Shown here piece by piece: positions 58,190-64,000 of a stretch of 64,000 bases of DNA. The notes below the pieces were generated by a model. It did not search any database. It had not been told where the DNA came from and worked only from the letters and a program-made list of their open reading frames with translations. This DNA comes from an uncultured SAR86 cluster bacterium (lineage in GTDB: Bacteria > Pseudomonadota > Gammaproteobacteria > Magnimaribacterales > AG-339-G14). The stretch lies in NCBI GenBank assembly GCA_902595715.1, contig CACJRI010000002.1, forward strand, positions 53,449 through 117,448, given 5' to 3'. Each line of letters begins with the position of its first letter. Within the stretch, counting starts at the first letter, position 1. The translations under genes were made by a program, and so were the position numbers.

Positions 58190-58604
58190 TTTTACTTTTT
58201 CCTCTCAACCAAGATTCTAATATAACTTGAGCAGCTAAAGCATCAATGCCAGGGTTAGGTTGCTTCTTGTTTTTTTTAATAAAATCCATTTGCTGCTTTG
58301 CTTCAAAAGAAGATAGTCTTTCGTCATGAAGTCTACATTCTATGTTTAGCGATTTTTCAATTTTTTTCTGAAAACTTCTAACCTCTTTAGACATTTTACT
58401 TTCTGTGTCATCCATATTTAATGGTAGACCCAAAATAATCAACTTTATTTCCCACTCATTTACTAAATTCTGTATTTCTTGAAAGATTTTTTTCTGATTT
58501 GTATTAATAATTGTTCCTTGGGTAGAGGAACTGTAAGTAATGTCATTACCAACAGCATAACCGATATACTTTTGTCCGTAATCTATGCCTAAGATATTTG
58601 CCAT
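58182..58604 (-). CDS. ruvX: Holliday-junction-resolvase-like pre-16S rRNA nuclease YqgF/RuvX
   Basis: ILGIDYGQKYIGYAVG N-terminus, GLPLNMD, DERLSS and DALAAQVILE. Confidence 0.9.
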   Translation of the reverse strand: MANILGIDYGQKYIGYAVGNDITYSSSTQGTIINTNQKKIFQEIQNLVNEWEIKLIILGLPLNMDDTESKMSKEVRSFQKKIEKSLNIECRLHDERLSSFEAKQQMDFIKKNKKQPNPGIDALAAQVILESWLRGKSKNV

Positions 58605-59539
58605 TAAAAAGCTTTTTCTATCTGCTCAATTAAATCCTTGGCAAGGTTTATTCCCTGTTGATCATATAACTCTCTAAAGCAAGTAGGACTTGTAATGTTT
58701 ATCTCTGTTAGAAAAGATCCCAAGATATCTATGCCAGCCACTAAAATACCCTGTTCGATCAGTTTTGGCTTTATGGCATTTACAATCTCAAAGTCTCTAT
58801 CATTCATCTCTCTTACTTCTGCCTTACCTCCAGCAGCAAGATTTCCACGAAAATCGTCGCCTTGAGGAATCCTAGTCACGGAGAAGCCACAATCTTTTCC
58901 AGAAATTAAAATAACCCTTTTATCTCCTTCAAATACCTCAGGAATGAATTTTTGCACCATCATTTTCTCGTTTTTTTGTTCGATGGAATCTAGAGTTTCA
59001 AGAAGATCTGCATCTTCTTCATGGAGTCTTCTGATCCCTTCCCCACCCATCAAACCTAAAGGTTTGATAACTACTTCGGAATTTCTACCAATGAAATCTT
59101 TAATAATTTTTTTTGAAGAAGACACTATCGTATCGGTAATCAAAGAGGGATAATCAAGAATTGCTAACTTTTCATTGCTATCTCTTAAGGTTTTTGGATC
59201 ATTGAATACCTTGACTCCCAATTTTTCAGCAGACTCCAAAATATACGTATTATTAATGTAGTCCATATTAAAAGGCGGATCTTGTCTCATTAAAATTGCA
59301 TCAAAAAAATCTAAGGATGCGGTTTTGTTTTCTCCCTTTTCATACCAGTTAGATTCTTCATACTTTACGGAAATAGAAGAATATTCTGCACAGGGTTTAT
59401 CAGAATCGAAAAAAAGACAATTAGGTTCAATGTAAAAAATTTCATGTCCTCTTTCTTGAGCTTCAATCATCATTGCTAACGTTGAATCCTTTCTATAAGA
59501 AATGTTAGAGATGGGATCCATTACAAAAGCTAATTTCAT
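58604..59539 (-). CDS. gshB: glutathione synthetase
   Basis: MKLAFVMDPI..I...KDST.AM..EAQ.RGHE start and ATP-grasp motifs (VIKPL.GMGG.GI, DKR......., NLAAGG, EIN.TSP). Confidence 0.95.
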   Translation of the reverse strand: MKLAFVMDPISNISYRKDSTLAMMIEAQERGHEIFYIEPNCLFFDSDKPCAEYSSISVKYEESNWYEKGENKTASLDFFDAILMRQDPPFNMDYINNTYILESAEKLGVKVFNDPKTLRDSNEKLAILDYPSLITDTIVSSSKKIIKDFIGRNSEVVIKPLGLMGGEGIRRLHEEDADLLETLDSIEQKNEKMMVQKFIPEVFEGDKRVILISGKDCGFSVTRIPQGDDFRGNLAAGGKAEVREMNDRDFEIVNAIKPKLIEQGILVAGIDILGSFLTEINITSPTCFRELYDQQGINLAKDLIEQIEKAF

Positions 59540-59540
59540 T

Positions 59541-60242
59541 TTATTTATTTAATATTTTTAACATTGATAATAATACAGTAGGCACTGTTTCTGTTTTAAT
59601 GACTAACTCTCCAAGAGAGACGCCCTCTAAACCGTTAGATTTCATTTTATCAATTTCCTTAGCAGAAAAGCCTCCTTCTGGGCCTATGGAAAAGAAAATT
59701 TCATCTAGATTAGATACGGATTCAATATTTTTATTCTCTCCTGGGTGTAGATAAAACTTATTTGCCGAAGGTATTTCCTCTTGCCATTGGTCTAAGGTCA
59801 TATATCCAAGTTGAGGCATCCAATTATTTCCAGATTGTTCGCAAGCTCCAATAATGACTTTTTTCCATCTTTCGAGTTTTTTCTCTGATGGTTTTTTCAA
59901 AAACTTTGATCTTTCAGAAGATAAGCAATCAACTCGATACACTCCCAATTGAGTTACTTCATTTAAAATTTTTTCAAAGTTTTTAATTTCAGAAATGCCT
60001 AATGAAATTTTTGGAAAATTGATTTCTTTAATTTTTACCTCGCCAGTTAAAAAAATTTCACAGGTTTTTTTGTTAATTAAGGAGATAGATGCCTCAAGAA
60101 ATTGTCCTTTCGAGTTAAATACTTCTATCTTGTCTCCTTCTCTTTTTTTGATAACTAAAAGATGGTGAAAACTATCTTTATCTAGTATGTAAGTTTTGTT
60201 TTTTGTGAGTTCCTGATCGAGAAAAATTCGTGGTATTCTCAT
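59541..60242 (-). CDS. rsmE: 16S rRNA (uracil1498-N3)-methyltransferase
   Basis: MRIPRIF start, HHL..V.R...GD PUA-like N-terminus, and C-terminal GPEGGFS..E SPOUT knot motif. rsmE-gshB order as in E. coli. Confidence 0.85.
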   Translation of the reverse strand: MRIPRIFLDQELTKNKTYILDKDSFHHLLVIKKREGDKIEVFNSKGQFLEASISLINKKTCEIFLTGEVKIKEINFPKISLGISEIKNFEKILNEVTQLGVYRVDCLSSERSKFLKKPSEKKLERWKKVIIGACEQSGNNWMPQLGYMTLDQWQEEIPSANKFYLHPGENKNIESVSNLDEIFFSIGPEGGFSAKEIDKMKSNGLEGVSLGELVIKTETVPTVLLSMLKILNK

Positions 60243-60283
60243 ACTTTTATCTTACTGCAAATATTTAGCTTGTTTTAATTTTA

Positions 60284-60838
60284 ATGAAAATTTATCTAAT
60301 AAGACATGGAGAAGCTGCTCAGTCTTGGGACCAATCAGCAGACCCAAGCTTAAGTGAGCTTGGAAAAGAACAAGCATTGGAATGCTTCAATTCTCTCAGT
60401 AAGAAAGAAGACCTAAGTCAATTTAATTTAATATCCAGTCCTTTAAAAAGAGCTCAAGAAACAAGTTTACACTTTAAAAAAAATCTTAATAAGCAACTCT
60501 CTTTGAATGAAGCCTTCAGAGAAATTCCATCTCCGGGAATATCGTTGTTAGAGAGGAAAAATTGGTTGCAAGAAGTTTTCAAAAAAAATATTAATGATTT
60601 AGACAAACCTCAACAGAACTGGCAATCAAATATTCTTTCAACTCTAAAAAATTTATCTGAACCGACAATCATTTTTTCTCACTTCATGGTTATCAATATT
60701 GTTGTCAGCACTTTAAAAGATGATCCAAGAGTGGTTTCTTTCTATCCTGATAATTGCTCAATTACTGAATTAGAAAGTGATGAAGGTAAGCTAAATTTAT
60801 TATCTACTGGGAATGAATTACAAACACACGTAAATTAA
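60284..60838 (+). CDS. histidine phosphatase (PGAM/SixA-like) family protein
   Basis: IYLIRHGEA catalytic RHG motif, SSPLKRAQET, and a later SH motif. Confidence 0.7.
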   Translation: MKIYLIRHGEAAQSWDQSADPSLSELGKEQALECFNSLSKKEDLSQFNLISSPLKRAQETSLHFKKNLNKQLSLNEAFREIPSPGISLLERKNWLQEVFKKNINDLDKPQQNWQSNILSTLKNLSEPTIIFSHFMVINIVVSTLKDDPRVVSFYPDNCSITELESDEGKLNLLSTGNELQTHVN

Positions 60839-61110
60839 TGAAAAGCAAAGACCCAAAAAAAGAAGATAGAAAATCGCTAAAATATCAAGTTGGATTAGCC
60901 CTTAGAAGATACTTCAAAGAATTGGATGGTAATAAAGCAACTAATGTTTTTGAAATGGTGATAAAAGAGGTAGAAAGACCAATGCTTGAAGAAGTTATGA
61001 AATTTTGTAGTGGAAATAAATCTCAAGCTAGCAAAATATTAGGTATTAATAGAGTGACTCTCAGAACAAAACTAAAACAATACAACCTGGATAATGGCAA
61101 AAAATCGTAA
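60838..61110 (+). CDS. fis: DNA-binding protein Fis
   Basis: 90 aa. VE.PMLEEVM....GN.SQASKILGINR.TLR.KLKQY helix-turn-helix C-terminus. fis-purH-purD order as in Pseudomonas. Confidence 0.85.
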   Translation: MKSKDPKKEDRKSLKYQVGLALRRYFKELDGNKATNVFEMVIKEVERPMLEEVMKFCSGNKSQASKILGINRVTLRTKLKQYNLDNGKKS

Positions 61111-62656
61111 AATAAAAATCAAACGTGCACTTGTGAGTGTTTCTGACAAAACCGGTATCGTCGATTTTGCTAGAAAACTTCATAAGTTGAATATAGAAAT
61201 TGTATCAACAGGAGGTACAGAAAAATTATTAAGAAAAAATAAAATTCCTGTAGTTTCTGCTGAAAAGTTTTCAGGTTCTCCGGAAATGATGGGTGGTCGA
61301 GTAAAAACCTTAGTGCCACAAATTCATGGAGGAATACTTTCACGCAGGAAAGAAGATAAAGAAGAAATAAAAAAACACGATATCAAAGAAATTGATCTGG
61401 TTGTGGTGAATCTCTACCCATTTGAAGAAACAATAAAAAAACCTAACATCAAATTGGATGAGGCAATAGAAAATATTGATATAGGAGGTCCCACAATGCT
61501 GAGATCGGCTGCTAAAAACTTTTTTCATGTAGCAGTAGTTTCATCCCCAAATCTTTATGGTTCATTTATGACAGACTTACAAACTGAAAAGGGAAAATGT
61601 TCCTATGAAACTCGAAAAAAATTATCCTTAAAGGCTTTTGAACATGTGGCTAACTATGACATCGCGATTGCTAACTTTTTATCTAGCTATGATGATGAGA
61701 TACCAGAAAACTTTTTCAGTAGTCATAAACTAAAACAAGTATTGCGGTACGGAGAAAATCCTCATCAGGAAGCAAATTTTTATATAAATTCGGGTTCTGA
61801 AGGCGCGGGCATCACATCAGCAGAACAAATTCAAGGAAAAGAACTTTCTTATAATAATATTGCTGATACTGATGCAGCCATTGAATGTGTTGCAAATTTT
61901 GAGAAACCCTCTTGTGTCATTGTCAAACATGCAAATCCTTGTGGTGTTGCCTCTGGGAGAACATTGTTAGAAGCCTATGAGAAAGCTTTTTCTTGTGATG
62001 AAACCTCTGCATTTGGAGGCATTATTGCTCTAAATAAAGCACTTGATAAATTTACGGCAAAGAAAATTATTGATAATCAATTTGTTGAAGTAATTGCTGC
62101 ACCAGCCATTAACCCTGCTGCAAAAAAAATAATTGCTACAAAAAAAAATGTACGTCTGTTATTAGTTAAAGATTTATTTCAAAAGCCAACCGGATTTAAA
62201 ACCTTAACTATGAATCAGGGTATTCTGGTTCAAAATGTTGATGACGGTGTGGTTTCAAAAAAAGATCTCAAAGTAGTAACTAAGAAAAAACCAACTCCCA
62301 AACAAGTTAACGATGCCTTATTTGCTTGGCGTGTAGGAAAATACGTCAAATCCAATGCAATTGTTTACGCGAAAAATAATATGACTCTTGGTATAGGAGC
62401 GGGTCAAATGAGTAGAATCGATAGCGCTGAAATTGCAGTCAGTAAAGCCAAAAAAGCAGGTTTTAATCTTCAAGGAGCTACTATGGCTTCGGATGCGTTT
62501 TTTCCATTCAGAGATAGCATTGATGAAGCTGCAAATAATGGAATCCAATGTGTTATTCAGCCTGGTGGATCGATAAGAGATAAAGAAGTTATTGCAGCGG
62601 CTAATGAAGCTAATATGATCATGTTTTTCACCAGCATGCGTCACTTCAGACATTGA
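61094..62656 (+). CDS. purH: bifunctional AICAR formyltransferase / IMP cyclohydrolase
   Basis: RALVSVSDKTG, STGGT, GRVKTL.P.IHGGIL, VVNLYPF, RYGENPHQ, KHANPCG and the C-terminal RHFRH. Confidence 0.95.
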   Translation: MAKNRKIKIKRALVSVSDKTGIVDFARKLHKLNIEIVSTGGTEKLLRKNKIPVVSAEKFSGSPEMMGGRVKTLVPQIHGGILSRRKEDKEEIKKHDIKEIDLVVVNLYPFEETIKKPNIKLDEAIENIDIGGPTMLRSAAKNFFHVAVVSSPNLYGSFMTDLQTEKGKCSYETRKKLSLKAFEHVANYDIAIANFLSSYDDEIPENFFSSHKLKQVLRYGENPHQEANFYINSGSEGAGITSAEQIQGKELSYNNIADTDAAIECVANFEKPSCVIVKHANPCGVASGRTLLEAYEKAFSCDETSAFGGIIALNKALDKFTAKKIIDNQFVEVIAAPAINPAAKKIIATKKNVRLLLVKDLFQKPTGFKTLTMNQGILVQNVDDGVVSKKDLKVVTKKKPTPKQVNDALFAWRVGKYVKSNAIVYAKNNMTLGIGAGQMSRIDSAEIAVSKAKKAGFNLQGATMASDAFFPFRDSIDEAANNGIQCVIQPGGSIRDKEVIAAANEANMIMFFTSMRHFRH

Positions 62657-62657
62657 T

Positions 62658-63923
62658 ATGAAAGTTTTGGTAATAGGTTCTGGCGGAAGAGAACACGCGC
62701 TAGTTTGGAAACTTGCTCAAAGCAATTTGTGTGAAAAAGTTTTTGTTGCTCCTGGAAATGCTGGTACTGCTGATGAGCCAAAAACAGAAAACGTTGACTT
62801 AAATGCCGAAGATTTAAATGGATTACTGGATTTTGCAAAAAATAATGAAATAGATCTTACTATTGTTGGTCCTGAGGCTCCTTTAGTCTTAGGTCTGATT
62901 GATTTATTTGAAGAAAATAATTTGCTTTGTTTGGGCCCTAATAAATTAGCTGCGCAAATGGAAGGCTCAAAAATTTTCATGAAAGATGTTTTAAGGAAAG
63001 GAAACATTCCTACTGCAACTTATGAAGTATTTTCAGATCCTGAACCTGCAAGAGAATATTTAGCGACATGCGATATCCCAATTGTCCTTAAAACAGATGG
63101 CCTTGCAGGCGGGAAAGGTGTAATCGTTGCTTTTTCTAGAGAAGAGGCCTTAGAAGCTTTGAATTCCTTAATGGTAGATCAAAAACTTGGTTCTGCAGGA
63201 GATAATCTTGTTATTGAAGAATTCCTTAAAGGCGAAGAGGCTAGTTTCATAGTTTTGTGTGATGGTGAAAATGTAATTCCTTTGGCAAGTTCTCAAGATC
63301 ATAAACAAAGAGATGATGGTGACAAAGGACCTAATACAGGTGGGATGGGAGCATATTCCCCTACCCCTTTAATTACTGAAGAGCTTAATGAAGATATTAT
63401 GAAAGAAATAATATATCCAACCTTGGCTGAATTAAAACGAAGAAATATAGAATATAAAGGCTTCTTATATGCCGGTTTGATGATCGATGATCAAGAAATT
63501 AAAGTCTTGGAATACAACTGTAGGTTTGGAGATCCAGAAACTCAACCAATATTAATGAGAATGAAAAGTGATTTTCTTGAATTATGTTTAAAGGCTGCAA
63601 AGCAAGAATTAAAGGGAGAACAAATAGAGTGGGATGAAAGATTTGCATTAGGTGTAGTAATGGCTTCAAAAGGCTATCCTGAAAAATACGAAACTGGTTT
63701 TCCAATCTCGGGAATAAATGAAGAGAGTGAAACTACAAAGGTATTTCATTGTGGAACAAAGAAAGAAGGAGAAAAGATTCTTTCAAATGGCGGTCGAGTT
63801 CTTTGCGTTACTGGATTAGGAGATGATTTAGATTCCGCTTTTGAAAAAGCTTACGAAGCTACTTCTAAAATTAGTTGGAGTGGCGCTTTTTACAGAAAAG
63901 ATATTGGAAAAAGGAATCAGTAA
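62658..63923 (+). CDS. purD: phosphoribosylamine-glycine ligase
   Basis: MKVLVIGSGGREHAL.WKL, APGNAGT, VVGPE.PL, DGLAAGKGV-type motif, NTGGMGAYSP and EYNCRFGDPETQ. Confidence 0.95.
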   Translation: MKVLVIGSGGREHALVWKLAQSNLCEKVFVAPGNAGTADEPKTENVDLNAEDLNGLLDFAKNNEIDLTIVGPEAPLVLGLIDLFEENNLLCLGPNKLAAQMEGSKIFMKDVLRKGNIPTATYEVFSDPEPAREYLATCDIPIVLKTDGLAGGKGVIVAFSREEALEALNSLMVDQKLGSAGDNLVIEEFLKGEEASFIVLCDGENVIPLASSQDHKQRDDGDKGPNTGGMGAYSPTPLITEELNEDIMKEIIYPTLAELKRRNIEYKGFLYAGLMIDDQEIKVLEYNCRFGDPETQPILMRMKSDFLELCLKAAKQELKGEQIEWDERFALGVVMASKGYPEKYETGFPISGINEESETTKVFHCGTKKEGEKILSNGGRVLCVTGLGDDLDSAFEKAYEATSKISWSGAFYRKDIGKRNQ

Positions 63924-63926
63924 ATT

Positions 63927-64000
63927 TTAGACAAGTATTTCTCGAAGTGCTTTTCCTGGACTTGGCTCTCTCATAAAACTTTCGCCAATGAGAAAAGAAT
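63927..64000 (-). CDS. 3' end of a gene continuing beyond the window; possibly indole-3-glycerol-phosphate synthase
   Basis: Reverse-strand translation gives ...SFLIGESFMREPSPGKALREILV-stop. FLIGESFMR..DPG.A...L resembles the IGPS (TrpC) C-terminus. Only 24 codons are visible. Confidence 0.4.
   Translation of the reverse strand, partial: SFLIGESFMREPSPGKALREILV

Overview
The window is AT-rich (about one third GC by eye) and very gene-dense. I count about 75 genes. Most spacers are under 60 nt, and many start/stop overlaps are 1-17 nt. Local gene orders are gammaproteobacterial and Pseudomonas-like: anmK-erpA-argC, thiD-thiE, dksA..folK, nnrD-tsaE, coaBC-dut, rpmB-rpmG, rpiA/ilvA, 5-FCL-ssrS-zapA opposite pepP-ubiH, tesA/ybbA-ybbP, rsmE-gshB-ruvX, dnaG-rpoD-tRNA(CAU) and fis-purH-purD. 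From this I infer a genome-streamlined, probably marine, gammaproteobacterium; SAR86-like is only a guess. Nearly everything is core housekeeping. I see no CRISPR array, integrase, transposase, prophage or recognisable defence/toxin genes.

The regions worth a second look are:
1. A tightly coupled five-gene operon of unknown function (51878-54487). It is bracketed by two paralogous proteins that carry an exact HDxxH-x11-E (Coq4-type) motif, encloses a TM2-domain membrane protein, and abuts the 3' end of a tRNA(CAU).
2. A contiguous 7.3-kb cluster that would encode every step of protoheme synthesis. It includes a Shemin-type 5-aminolevulinate synthase and a HemC with a 200-aa C-terminal extension (candidate HemC-HemD fusion).
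3. Housekeeping proteins with unusual charged low-complexity tails: DksA with a histone-H1-like Lys/Ala/Pro N-terminus, and L31 type B with an ~80-aa acidic C-terminus.
4. An iron-uptake locus (FTR1 permease plus two TonB-dependent receptors) with Fur-box-like palindromes.

Three features missing from the ORF track were found by eye: rpmG, a 6S RNA and a tRNA. All product calls rest on my own motif and synteny recognition; no searches were run.
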